Notes: a model not told the origin generated them from the sequence alone. Shown: positions 36,790-50,666, counted from the stretch's first letter. The stretch: 64,000 nucleotides of DNA from Octopus sinensis (GCF_006345805.1 NC_043014.1:5580001-5644000), one strand, 5' to 3'. Translations and numbers: made by a program.

Positions 36790-37900
36790 TGTATGTATAT
36801 ATGTATGTATATATGTGTGTATGTATGTATATATATATGTATGTATGCATGCATGTATATGTGGATGTATGTATGTATGTATGTATGTATATATGTATGT
36901 ATATATGTGTGTATGTATGTATATATATATGTATGTATGCATGCATGTATATGTGGATGTATGTATGTATGTATGTATGTATATATGTATGTATATATGT
37001 GTGTATGTATGTATATATATATGTATGTATGCATGCATGTATATGTGGATGTATGTATGTATGTATGTATGTATATATGTATGTATATATGTGTGTATGT
37101 ATGTATATATATATGTATGTATGCATGCATGTATATGTGGATGTATGTATGTATGTATGTATGTATATATGTATGTATATATGTGTGTATGTATGTATAT
37201 ATATATGTATGTATGCATGCATGTATATGTGGATGTATGTATGTATGTATGTATGTATATATGTATGTATATATGCGTGCGTATGTATGTATATATATAT
37301 GTATGTATGCATGCATGTATATGTGGATGTATGTATGTATGTATGTATGTATATATGTATGTATATATGTGTGTATGTATGTATATATATATGTATGTAT
37401 GCATGCATGTATATGTGGATGTATGTATGTATGTATGTATGTATATATGTATGTATATATGTGTGTATGTATGTATATATATATGTATGTATGCATGCAT
37501 GTATATGTGGATGTATGTATGTATGTATGTATGTATATATGTATGTATATATGTGTGTATGTATGTATATATATATGTATGTATGCATGCATGTATATGT
37601 GGATGTATGTATGTATGTATGTATGTATATATGTATGTATATATGTGTGTATGTATGTATATATATATGTATGTATGCATGCATGTATATGTGGATGTAT
37701 GTATGTATGTATGTATGTATATATGTATGTATATATGTGTGTATGTATGTATATATATATGTATGTATGCATGCATGTATATGTGGATGTATGTATGTAT
37801 GTATGTATGTATATATGTATGTATATATGTGTGTATGTATGTATATATATATGTATGTATGCATGCATGTATATGTGGATGTATGTATGTATGTATGTAT
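36790..37900. repeat. 92-bp minisatellite built from TATG/TA microsatellite, 12 units
   Basis: The marker gtgga recurs at 36861, 36953, 37045, 37137, 37229, 37323, 37415, 37507, 37599, 37691, 37783 and 37875. Confidence 0.92.
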
Positions 37901-38744
37901 GTATGTACGTATGTATATGTATGACTTAAACGACATGCAAAGGTACATGAAGCCCAGTTGCAACTACAGCCGGCTATTACCAGTAAAGGCTTTGGCTGCC
38001 AATTTTGTACAAGACATTGTAGATCTTTAGCTGGGCTAAAAAGTCTCATTCGATCACAGCACCAGTAACAGTTAAGCTTCGTGCAATGGCCATACTCGAT
38101 AACGAGGGGGCAGCCATAAAATGTATGTATGTATGTATGTGTATATTTATATATGTATGTATATATGAAGGTATGTATGTACGTATATGTGTATGTATGT
38201 ATGTATGTATACATGTATGTATGTTAGTATGTATGTATGTATGTATGCGTGCGTATGTATGTATGTATATATGTATCTATGTATGTATATATGTATGTAT
38301 GTATGTATGTAAGTATGTATGTAAGTATGTATGTATGTAAGTATGTAAGTATGTATGTATATATGTATGTATGTATGCGTGCGTATGTATGTATGTATAT
38401 ATGTATGTATGTATGTATGAATATATGTATTTATGTAAGTATGTATGTAAGAATGTATGTATGTATGTAAGTAAGTATGTATGTATGTGTATATGTATAT
38501 ATGTATGTATGTATGTATATATGTATATATGTATGTATGTATGCATATATGTATGTATGCATGTATGTATGCATGTATGTATGCATGTATGTATATATGT
38601 ATGTATGTGTGTGTACATATATAGAACAATGTCTATCCAATCACAAAAACCTGTCATTTACAAGTATACATCCACACTTTTTGGTTATAGTTTTCCCATT
38701 GGTTTACGAATTCACGAAAAGATTTTCGGCAGAGCTGGGTTCCA

Positions 38745-38751
38745 TATATAA
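38745..38751 (+). promoter_or_regulatory. Candidate TATA box of gene B
   Basis: TATATAA with an Inr-like ACAGTT 30 nt downstream (A at 38775) and a CCAAT near 38637. Confidence 0.45.
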
Positions 38752-38914
38752 TAGGTCGTCAGGAAGTCAGTAACAGTTCTTCAGCTGAGACCAACTTCAA
38801 ATCTAAGACAGATACATAGGCAGCCAGTTGTAAGCCTCCAGCTTAGATCTACTCTAAGTTAATTGTTGGGCCAACACGAAATATCACGTACAACCACCGA
38901 CAACTATCGTCACG

Positions 38915-39058
38915 ATGGATTTCTCTCAGCTGTCCAGGAACGTTTCGCAACGTTTTTCCATTTCTTCTCTCGTAGCTTTCGGATTAGTTCTCATTCTCAC
39001 CATAACGGTTCTTCACCAAGATTCAAGGATAAGGAAAATGGAAGAGAAATCAGAACAA
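38915..39058 (+). CDS. Gene B exon 1 (N-terminal anchor; identical to gene A exon 1)
   Basis: ATG at 38915 and gtgagt donor at 39059. Missing from the ORF track because the unspliced ORF is only 55 aa. Confidence 0.88.
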
Positions 39059-39144
39059 GTGAGTAGAGAAATTTGTATGTGACTTCCGTCTTCCTGCCTC
39101 TGCTCCGTATAGAATATATGTATTAATATACACAAGCTCGCATA

Positions 39145-39184
<40 letters not shown>

Positions 39185-39187
39185 TAG

Positions 39188-39226
<39 letters not shown>

Positions 39227-39466
39227 CATACAGACACACATTCATATATATACATATTTTATAAATATGTATATGTGTAAATTTTACTAATGCGCATAGA
39301 TAGATAGGGACAGAGTGAGTGACAGTGAGAGAGGTTGAGAGAGAGAGAGAGGTGGAGATAGATGGAGAGACGAGGGATACGCATTATATGCACCCACGCG
39401 TATGACAAGTTAGCTTGATACACAGACAGACAAGTCACAAATCACCCAATTATATGCTTCAGTATT

Positions 39467-39690
39467 TAAGGCGGCGTGCTGGCAGAACCGTTAGCACGCC
39501 GGGCGAAATGCGTGGCTGTATTTCGTCTGCCGTTAGGTTCTGAGTTCAAATTCAGCCGAGGTCCAGTTTGCATTTCATCCTTTGGGGGTCGATAAATGAA
39601 GTACCAGTTACGCACTGGGGTCGATGTAATCGACTTAATACCTATGTCTGTCCTTGTTTGTCCCCTCTATGTTTATCCTCTTGTGGATAG
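39467..39690 (+). mobile_element. SINE type B (mirror of 30700-30920)
   Basis: Near-identical reverse complement. Confidence 0.88.
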
Positions 39691-40192
39691 TACAGAAATA
39701 TATATGTTTCATTATTTTGAGAATAAAATCTAATGGACAAAACACAAACTAAAATTTCTTTCGAAACAGTTGCCAGAAAACAGCTCAACTATACACAACC
39801 TATTTTAACATACTGTCGCCTATTTCTGTGCAGGCTGTTTTCTATTGCTCACTTTGGAAGTGATGAAAATATTCAATTACAGAACTTATGTGTCTTACAT
39901 ATTTCTACATAATTTCGATTTTGCATTGCAGGTGAAATCCTTAGATTAAGTAGATCAAAATCTGATGATTTTTCTTTTTCTAGAACATTAATTTGTTCGC
40001 ATGTTTTTGCATTGAACATGAGTACGAATTGTTCCAATGTTTTTCTCTTTGATTCCTTAAAAGAAATTATTTATTATATTTGATTTGACGGACACATCGA
40101 AACCGATTATATTTTAAATCACTCATTGTAATAAAAATCTTAAACATTCTCTAAAATATACTTTTGCGCTTTTCCCAACTTTACTTCTCGAA

Positions 40193-40443
<251 letters not shown>

Positions 40444-40576
40444 GATATGTAAAGAAAAATACAAACAGGGACAAGAACATATAACTCTTAGAAGACATAT
40501 ATGTCTATCTATTTATCTATCTATCTATCTACCTATCTCTCTCTCTCTCTCTCTGTATCTATCTATCCATCCATCC

Positions 40577-40607
<31 letters not shown>

Positions 40608-40695
40608 CATATATGTATGTATGTATGTATTTATGCATGTATGTATGTGTGTGTACATATATAAAACAATATCTATCCAATCACAAAAACCTGTC

Positions 40696-40733
<38 letters not shown>

Positions 40734-41189
40734 GCACATACATACATATAACACTAAAAGACTATGACAGAACCATTACTTCTGCCATGTCAATATCTAT
40801 AAAGCTGAAATGCGAAAAAGTTGTTTAATTTCTTGGTTATTTGTCTCATTTTGAGATGGGAACGGTTTAAGGGGAGGAATGGCGCCAAAATTTACCCTGG
40901 GGGTAAAATGGGGTGGGCAATGGAGTAAGGAGGGTTGCAAGTCGCTCGGGGCTACCGTTTGGTTGCCATGGAGAGGAATATGGGAAAAATTGAGTTTTAT
41001 GGGATAGACAGGTTGTGCTATTTGAATAATGGTGGCTTTTCGTGTTACTGCAGGGGCTAGAGGCGATTATCTTTAAGTGTGGGCGTAAAAATTTGGGGGA
41101 TTTTGGATAGGGGGTAAAATTTTTCAACTTTTAAAAAGAGTACATTTTTGCCCTATTTTTAGATTTTATTTTTTTCTGTTTGCATTATG

Positions 41190-41494
41190 AGGTCGACTTG
41201 GCCTTTCATCCTTTCGGGGTCGATTAAATATGTACCAGTAACGCACTGGGGTCAATATAATCGACTTAATCCGTTTATCTGTCCTTGTTTGTCCTCTCTG
41301 TGTTTAGCCCCTTCTGGGTAATAAAGAAATAGATATTTCGTCTGTCATTACGTTCTGAGTTCAAATTCCGCGGAGAGCGACTCTCATCCTTTCGGGGTCG
41401 ATAAATTAAGTACTAGTTGCGTACTGGGGTCAATCTAATCGACTGGCCCCTTCCCCCAAAATTTCGGGCTTTGTACCTAGATTAGAAAAGAATA
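41190..41494 (+). mobile_element. 5'-truncated compound SINE type B flanked by a 44-bp direct repeat
   Basis: Direct repeat at 41146-41189 and 41495-41538. Confidence 0.8.
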
Positions 41495-41563
41495 TTTTGC
41501 CCTATTTTTAGATTTAATTTTTTTCTGTTTGCATTATGTGCTTGACATGGGTAAAAATGGCAT

Positions 41564-41756
41564 TACTCTTTTTACTCTCTTTTACTTGTTTCAGTCATTT
41601 GACTGCGGCCATGCTGGAGCACCGCCTTTAGTCGAGCAAGTCGACCCCGGGACTTATTCTTTGTAAGCCCAGTACTTATTCTATCGATCTCTTTTGCCAA
41701 ACACACCAGCATCGGTTGTCAAGCAATGCTAGGGGGACAAACAGACACACAAACAT

Positions 41757-41809
<53 letters not shown>

Positions 41810-41973
41810 TACGACAGGCTTCTTTCAGTTTCCGTCTACCAAATCCACTCACAAGGCATTGGTCGGCCCGGGGCTATAGCAGAAGACACTTGCCCAAGAT
41901 GCCACGCAGTGGGACTGAACCCGGAACCATGTGGTTGGTTAGCAAGCTACTTACCACACAGCCACTCCTGCGC
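41564..41973 (-). mobile_element. SINE type A
   Basis: Full length, nested in a Helitron. Confidence 0.9.
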
Positions 41974-42744
41974 CTATATTGTGTTAAAGGCTAAAATTTT
42001 AACTTTCATTTGCATCATGAACCGTCAAAAGATATCAGAAAGAGTATCAAATTTCACAAAATTTTAAGTAATTTTGAATTATTTTTTGTGATTATAAGTG
42101 CACGCGTAAGAGAAAGCGAGGGAGAGTCCAAGAGAAAGGAAGCGTACGATAGTGGGAAAGTGAGAGAGAAAGGAGAGAGAAACAAAGAGGGAGAATGTGG
42201 TGATAAGAAACAGAAAGGAAGCAACAGAAAATAACAACCACACCTTCACCCGCGCGTAGAGCGGGTCACCTTAAGCTAGTATTGTATACAATTTTGAGTA
42301 AATATTCGGTTTAACCGGGAATATAAGCAGGAATTTAAAATATAGAATGGTGGTAAAATAAGACAAGACGTTCGACCCTGTCATAAGCATAAGCAAAGTT
42401 TTATACGAATCTAAAAATTTAGTTTACCCCCTGTATTTGTATTAACAGATAGCTGGTAATATATTTTGCCCAATCCCTCATCAAGAAGCATGCATACATA
42501 ATAGATACATACATACATGCCGTTGTGGAAAGATACCGACCACCCTCATGTGACTAAAAGTGAACTGCGATGGTTCTACTAAATAGACAATTGTCAGGTC
42601 TTATGCAGTTCGGGTTGGTTAAACAGTTCACAGTGAACCGTGATTGAAAGTTGAGTCTCGTGTAACATTAATAGTAGTACGTTGTGTCTATACTTTCTGA
42701 CCCATTGCTTCGTTGATGTATATATCCAATACAAAGATATATAG

Positions 42745-44592
42745 CATGCATGCATACACACACACATACATACTTAGATACATACATACATACATACATA
42801 CATACATACATACATACATACATACATACATACATGCAGGCATACATACATACATACATACCTACATACATACATACCTACATAGAGACATACATACATA
42901 CCTACATACATACATACATACATACATACATACATACATACATACATACCTACATACCTACATACATACATTCATACACACATACCTACATACATACATT
43001 CATACATACATACATACATACGTACATACATACATACATACATACATACATACATACATACATACATACATACATACATACATACATACATACCTACATA
43101 CATACATACCTACATACATACCTACATACATACATACAGACATACATACATACCTAGATACATACCTACATACATACATACCTACATACATACATACATA
43201 CATACATACATACCTACCTAGATACATATATACATACAGACATACCTACATACATACATACATACATACATACCTAGATACATACATACATACCTACATA
43301 CAAAGATTCATACACACATACCTACATACATACATACATACCTATATACATACATACATACATACATACATACATACCTACCTAGATACATATATACATA
43401 CAGACATACCTACATACATACATACCTACATACATACATACATACATACATACATACATACATACATACCTAGATACATACCTACATACCTACATACATA
43501 CATTCATACACACATACCTACATACATACCTACATACATACATACATACATACATACATACATACATACATACATACATACACACATACATACATACATA
43601 CCTACATACAGACATATATACATACCTAGATACATACATACATACATACAAACATACATACATACATACCTACATACCTACATACATACATTCATACATA
43701 CATACCTACATACATACATTCATACATACATCCATACAAACATACATACCTACATACATACATACATACATACCTACATACATGCCTACATACATACATA
43801 CATACATACATACATACCTACATACATACATACCTACATACATACATACATACATACATACCTACATACATACATACATACATACATGCAGACATACATA
43901 CATACATACATATATACATATATACATACCTAGATACATACATACATACAGACATACCTACATACATACATACATACATACACATACAGACATACATACA
44001 TACATACATACATACATACAGACAGACATACATACCTACCTACATACATACATACATACATACATACATACATACCTAGATACATACATACATACATACA
44101 TTCATACATACATACATACATGCATACATACCTACATACATTCATACATACATACATATATACATACCTACATACATACATACCTAGATACATACATACA
44201 TACCTACATACATACATACATACATACATACTTACATACCTACATACATACATGCATATATACCTACATACATACATACCTACATACATACCTACATACA
44301 TATATACATACATACATACCTACATACATATATACCTACATACATACATACCTACCTACATACATACATACATAATACATACATACATACATACATACAT
44401 ACATACATACCTACATACATACATACATACATACATACCTAGATGCATACATACATACATACCTACGTAATACATACATACATACCTAGATACATACATA
44501 CCTACATACATACATACATACATACATACATACATGCATACATACATACATACATACCTACATACATACATATATACATACATACATACATA
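42745..44592. repeat. (TACA)n degenerate tetranucleotide array
   Basis: Seen directly. Confidence 0.95.
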
Positions 44593-44611
44593 CTTGAGTA
44601 AGTGAGGAGGA

Positions 44612-44940
44612 GACTCCCTTCGATCATGACTGACCATGGGATTGAACCTAGAAAGTTACCCTCCGAGGCACATGCCTGGTCAAGGTTGTTTATTGAAGGC
44701 CAGCATTCGTCCATGCATACCAGCGTCCCCTCTCCACTCCACACCCCTGATGTTATCCAAGGGAAAGGCAAAGGGGTCGATATAGCCTGGCACCAGTGAT
44801 GTCATAACACATTTCTACAGCTGAGTGAACTGGAGCTACGTGAAATAAAGCGTCTTGCTCAAGAACACAACACGCATCCCGGTCCGGGATTCGAACTCAC
44901 AACCTCGACGCTCTAACCACTGAGCCATGCGCCTTTACAC
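44612..44940 (-). mobile_element. SINE type D
   Basis: Same head and core as 32520-32838. Confidence 0.8.
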
Positions 44941-44970
44941 CTGCGTGCGTATATATGCATATATAGGTAT

Positions 44971-45356
44971 GTGGAGGCGCAATGGCCCAGTGGTTAGGGC
45001 AGCGGACTCGCAGTCATAGGATCGCGGTTTCGATTCCCAGACCGGGCGTTGTGAGTGTTTATTGAGCGAAAACACCTAAAAACTCTACGAGGCTCCGGCA
45101 GGGGATGGTGGTGATCCATGCTGTACTCTTTCACCACAACTTTCTCTCACTCTTACTTCCTGTTTCTGTTGTACCTGTCTTTCAAAGGGCCGGCCTTGTC
45201 ACTCTCTGTGTCACGCTGAATATCCCCGAGAGCTACATTAAGGGTGCACATGTCTGTGGAGTGCTCAGCCACTTACACGTTAATTTCACGAGCAGGCTGT
45301 TCCGTTGATTCGGATCAACCGGAACCCTCATCGTCGTAACCGACGGAGTGCTTCCA
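44971..45356 (+). mobile_element. SINE type C
   Basis: Full length. Confidence 0.9.
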
Positions 45357-46288
45357 TCCATATAGGTATATTTACAAACATGATGCATCGCAGAAGTTTT
45401 GACATTTTTGCAAAAGAGACATTTATTAATTTCTAAAAAGTAAAAGTCTACTTCAAAGTGGAATACACTGAGTTCTGTGCACTTATTGCAGTACTCTAGA
45501 CTTTTGCGCCTATATATCTTCCAGAACTACACCCAAACCCCAAGAAAATACGATTTGTTGAGCGTCCGACTAGAGAGAACACAGTGGATGTAGATGATGG
45601 TCCCGCTCGTTTTAGTACCTCTATCTGGTGCCTGCGAAAAACAGATAATCGGCTCGAACAAGTAAAACCATAAATAGCCTGAAGTATATCATATATGTCT
45701 GTAATGCTTTTGATCAGTTTAACCGGAAACTTTCTTGTATATCTTGATTTCAAGTTGTCTGCCCAACCTGACTGCTCTCTGCAGGTAAAATTGTTTTCAT
45801 TTTACAGAAGGTAAAACGCAAAGAAACGGATACTCTAAGTACCAGACTTAAAATAATATTCTGGGGTCGATTCGTTAGGCCAAAATTCTTCAAGGCGGTG
45901 CCCCAGTATGGCAACAGCCCCATGACGAAAACAAGAAAAAGATTAAGAGAATGAAGGAAGACCACACTAGCGTTGAGATATCTTTCTTAACGAAATTAGC
46001 TGAATTATCTCCTCTGTTGTATAGTCTCTACGTTTACTTAACTCCAGAGTCAAAGCATGGTTGTGATAAATACTTGATAAAATTGTTGTTTTCCTTTCAC
46101 AAACAGCATAGTTACTTGTAAAATATACGTTGAATTGCTTGTATATTAAACACATCAAAATATAATGACGTTGTTAATCATTCGACATCAAAGGTTTAGT
46201 AAACCTGATTTGGTCTCGTTTTAGATTATGAACTATGATAAATATTCTGAAGTCCATTTGTAACATATTATTTCTATTTTTTTCACAG

Positions 46289-46340
46289 AACCGTTTCGTC
46301 TCCAAGAAATCTCTCGATGATAAACCTGATGACACATCAA
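46289..46340 (+). CDS. Gene B exon 2 (NRFVSKKSLDDKPDDTS)
   Basis: tttcacag acceptor and gtaaga donor; 52 nt. Confidence 0.88.
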
Positions 46341-46363
46341 GTAAGAATGAATTTTATAATATA

Positions 46364-46754
46364 CTAGCAGTATCGCCCGGCGTTGCTTGAGTTTGTAAGG
46401 GAAATAACTATATAAGCATCTTTAGAGAGTTATAGCAAAAAAATGCATTAAAAATGCAAAAAGAAATTATGGTAAATTTTTTTTTAAATCGTTGACTCAT
46501 CGTAGACATTTTTAGAGAGTTACTTCTCTTATAAAATAGCGAAAAAATGCATTAAAATGGAAAAAAATTATGGTAATTTTTTTTTTAAATCGTAGACTCA
46601 TCGTAGACGCGCGCTAATACCCAGAAGGGCTCGATATGAATCACGACTTTAAGATACCCGGTTTTGGTTAAACTGCACCGCAAAATGTGGGAGTAGTTTG
46701 GAATCTAAATCGTAGGAGACAGACACCACACAACTTCACTTTTATATATAAAGA
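46364..46754 (-). mobile_element. Non-autonomous Helitron H1 (mirror of 19712-20100)
   Basis: CTAG at 46364-46367, hairpin, and TC at 46754-46753. Confidence 0.85.
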
Positions 46755-47501
46755 TAAAACTCTTAAGACAAAGTAATTTGAAGAAATGTTCGGGAACCTC
46801 ATTAGGTATCATAAAATATTTAGCTTTCAGTTCTACAGTGTTCAGCCAAACTAGTCTCCTCCGCGACTGACTTCTAGTCCCTTCAACATCGGATTGGTTT
46901 TTCATTATTATCCCTATCTGCTCAATGAAATACAGAAGGTTTAGCTGCTTACTAAAACATTTTCTACTTTGCAATAATTTCCATAATATAAACTAATGCT
47001 ATTATGCTGTACAAATAAATGTTTATACGTGTACCTGAGCAAGGCTACGTCGATATTTATTAGTACCTTTGAATATGATTATGAGAAAAACATCAGACAG
47101 GTATTTTCAATTCAGTTATGAAGGTAAGATAGAAAATAAGTATAAAGAAATGTGGAGTGCATCCTGAAATGAATTTGTAAAGGAAAATAGATAACATTAT
47201 ATGTAAAAAATGAACAAAATATTAATATATATTTGTGCATGCACGTGTGTGTATGACGTGTGTTTGCGTGTGGGGTGTGTCTATTTATATATGTATATCT
47301 GTATATGTGTGTATATATATTTATATATATTAATATATATACGTTGAACCGCTTATATATCAAACACATCAAAATATAATTACATTGTTAATCATTCGAT
47401 ATCAAAGGTTTAATAAACCTGATTTGGTCTCATTTTAGATTCTAAAAGATGGTAAATATTCTAAAGTCCATTTGTATGATATCATTTCTATTTTTTCTCA
47501 G

Positions 47502-47531
47502 AACCGTTTCGTCTCTAAGAAATCTCTCGAT
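47502..47531 (+). pseudogene. Truncated duplicate of exon 2 within gene B intron 2
   Basis: ttttttctcag then AACCGTTTCGTCTCTAAGAAATCTCTCGAT, followed by TA-rich sequence with an in-frame TAA and no donor; preceded by ~170 nt of duplicated intron. Confidence 0.75.
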
Positions 47532-47601
47532 ATATAATATATATATCATATATATTAATATTTGTATATATATTTATATATACATATATTCACACAGACA
47601 A

Positions 47602-47638
<37 letters not shown>

Positions 47639-47664
47639 GACACTCACGCGCACACATTTAATTA

Positions 47665-47856
47665 AGCGTGACTGTGTGGTAAGGATCATGCTACCCAAAT
47701 ACTTGGTCCCGGGTTCAGTTCCACTACGTGCCCCCTTGGACAAGTGTCCCCTACTATAGCCTAAGGACGACCAAAAACATGTAACTCGTCGTGGTAGACG
47801 AAAACTGAAAAAAACCGTCGTATATATACACACACACATATGTATTTGTATGCGTG

Positions 47857-47898
<42 letters not shown>

Positions 47899-48216
47899 CA
47901 CGCATACAAATATATATGTGTGTGTATATATACGACGGTTTTTTTCAGTTTTCGTCTACCACGACTAGTTACATATATATATGCGTGTATATCTATGTGT
48001 GTGTTTTTCTGTCTGTGTTCTCCCCACACACACCTACCACTTGATTACCGGCGTTGGTGTGTTTGCATCACCGTAACTTAGTGGTTCGGCAAAAGAAACC
48101 GATACAAGAAATACTAAGATTTGAAAAACGCACTGACGTCGATTCGTTCGACTAAAATTCCAAGGAGGTAACTAAGCATGGCTGCAGTCTAATGACTGGG
48201 ACAAGCAAAAGATAAA
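47665..48216 (+). mobile_element. Degenerate SINE type A with a partial internal duplication (approx.)
   Basis: ccgggttcagttccactacgtg.. and gtagacgaaaactgaaa remnants. Confidence 0.7.
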
Positions 48217-48509
48217 AGTTTCAATATTTAACATTTTCTTTTATTGAAGTTTATTCCTATGGAACATTTATGGGTATATTCAGCCACTTGCTCCTTTCTT
48301 TCTGTCTTACATTTATTCACCCTCTCTTTCTCCTAGCCCCTCTATCTGTGTTTTACCTAACAAATTCTGCACCCCTTCTTTTTTCTTCCTTCCTTCCTTT
48401 CTTCTAGTTATTCTTCCCACGATTTCATAACTTTTAGCCAACGACTTCTTTTGAAGATGATTCTTCTATTGTTTCTATTAAAATACATTGTTTCATTTTA
48501 ATTTTACAG

Positions 48510-48584
48510 AATCCGGTCCCGGATCACTGTACACCCGGTGGGGTAGAACGACCTGTCCACCTTATTCAGAGCTTGTATATGATG
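48510..48584 (+). CDS. Gene B exon 3 (K-SGPGSLYTRWGRTTCPPYSELVYDG)
   Basis: ttttacag acceptor and gttagt donor; 75 nt. Confidence 0.9.
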
Positions 48585-48662
48585 GTTAGTATATTATTTC
48601 GTTCATTTTGTCTGCATTTAAAAAATTTTTTCCATCACTCCCCCTCCTCCTCCTTCTCTCTC

Positions 48663-48716
<54 letters not shown>

Positions 48717-49059
48717 GTATGCAGATCTTCGTATTTTATATTATGTCAGTTTACAGGCATAGCTTACAGATTTTTCAGAGACTACACAGGAAAATTTCCA
48801 TTCGCAACGTGAACTGTAACTTATTTTCCACCTCGGAACAAAATAGTCAAATGTATTAAACAACCAGGTTTCCTTTCTCGGAATACATAACTCAACACAC
48901 GTACAACATACAGGTATAGCTACCAGTGGTACACGTATGTTCGTAGAGTAATGCAGTTCGAAACATGCAGCATTTTCATCCTCTTTCTTCCTTTCAACGT
49001 TAAGGTATTAATAGTTTCAAATTTTGATTCAAGACCAGTAATTTGAGCAAAGCAGGGAA

Positions 49060-49218
49060 GTCAGTTACATCGACCTCAGTGCTCAACTGACAGTTTATTT
49101 TTATCGACGTCGAAATGATGAAATTCTACCACGGTAGAATTTGAAACCAGAAGGTAAAGACGGACGAAATGCCGATCTGCATATTTCTCGAGCGTGCTAA
49201 CGATTCCGCCAGCTCACC
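49060..49218 (-). mobile_element. Degenerate SINE type B (approx.)
   Basis: acatcgacctcagtg..gtgctaacgattccgccagctc remnants. Confidence 0.6.
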
Positions 49219-49525
49219 AAATGCTACAGAAAAGTATGTTGGAAAGAAATTCGTGTTGCATTTCAAGATGGGAAAGAATCAACTCGTTTGTTACTCTTTT
49301 CTCATGTTTCTAATGGGTGGTCGATAGTCAACTTCAATCATATTTATAATCTGGTGACCAGTTAAATCGACCAGTGTAAACTGACGTAGCTTTTCTCGAT
49401 AATATATTGCTCACTCTGATTGAGGTAGGAATGTGTTCTATCCAATAATACATAAAAGATCTATTGCAAATAACATGATTATAGAAAGAATTCATTGATT
49501 CGTAATTTCGTACACTAACAGGTGG

Positions 49526-49903
49526 GAAGCACTCCGTCGGTTACGACGATGAGGGTTCCGGTTGTTCCGAATCAACGGAACAGCTCGTGAAATTAACGTG
49601 TAAGTGGCTGAGCACTCCACAGACACGTGTACCCTTAACGTAGTTTTCGGGGATATTCAGCGTGACACAGAGAGTGACAAGGCCGGCCCTTTGAAATACA
49701 GGTACAACAGAAATAGGAAGTAAGAGTGAGAGAAAGTTGTGGTGAAAGAGTACAGCAGGGATCACCACCATCCCCTGCCGGAGCCTCGTGGAGCTTTAGG
49801 TGTTTTCGCTCAATAAACACTCACAACGCCCGGTCTGGGAATCGAAACCGCGATCCTATGACCGCGAGTCCGCTGCCCTAACGACTGGGCCATTGCGCCT
49901 TCA
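49526..49903 (-). mobile_element. SINE type C in gene B intron 3
   Basis: Full length. Confidence 0.9.
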
Positions 49904-50175
49904 CAATAACAGGTAACACTAACAGGTAAGACGTCGCAGAATTCTAAATTGTTAATCACAAACTAGTTGTTTCATATAAATTCAGGTTTGTATTATGATT
50001 GTATAATAGCCCCTACTATATTCCATAATTTTGATATTTTCATTACAAATATTCCATTTCTTCCTCCATTCAGTTAACTTATTTTACAAAAGATTCAGGA
50101 ACGTTATGAAATTCAAGAATTAATTTTTATCATGTTTTTTCATATTTATTTTGTATATGTTCTTACCATTTCCAG

Positions 50176-50666
50176 GTGTGGTTGGTGGGCAGTTCTATGA
50201 CCAACCTGGTGGTGGAAGTAATTTCTTATGTCTACCAAATGATCCGATTTGGGCCAATTATACTACAGAGCTTGAAGTGGCCGCTCAGATATATGGATGC
50301 GAATATGAGATAACAGTTGCTAATATATTTTCTTTAGCTAACGCTAAAACGCTTAATGACCACAACGTTCCGTGTGCTGTCTGTCTGACACGACAACCTG
50401 CTGTTGTTATGATGTTACCAGCCAGAACACGCTGTTACCCTGGCTGGACGATTGAGTATTACGGTTATTTAATGACAGCCCACAACGATCACAAGGGCCG
50501 AGAAGAGTATGTATGCGTTGACCATGCACCAGAAGCTGATCCAGCAGGTTACAGAAACGAAAATGGAGCTTTATTGTATTTCGTTCAGGGTGTTTGTGGT
50601 TCATTGCCATGTCCACCGTATGTCAATGGCCAAGAATTAAGCTGTGTTGTGTGCAGTAAATACTGA
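50176..50666 (+). CDS. Gene B exon 4 (Cys-rich NC1-related domain)
   Basis: ttccag acceptor at 50174-50175; 491 nt; ORF 50151-50666. Confidence 0.93.

Larger units (their letters stand above)
40796..42279 (+). mobile_element. Non-autonomous Helitron (second family) with nested SINEs
   Basis: A|TCTATAAAG at 40796; 3' hairpin cccgc-gcgtaga-gcggg then CTAG|T at 42276-42279. Confidence 0.6.

Noticed and set aside
36861-37900. Regularly spaced repeat as a CRISPR-like array
   Set aside because: The units are identical tandem copies with no unique spacers; eukaryotic minisatellite.
36341-38214. Very long ORFs (400-580 aa) of YIHT/MYVC repeats, and similar ORFs at 14.5, 18.9, 26-27, 31.6, 35.3, 42.7-44.6, 56.3 and 62.7 kb
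   Set aside because: They are translations of (TA)n/(TACA)n microsatellites that lack stop codons; no coding signal.
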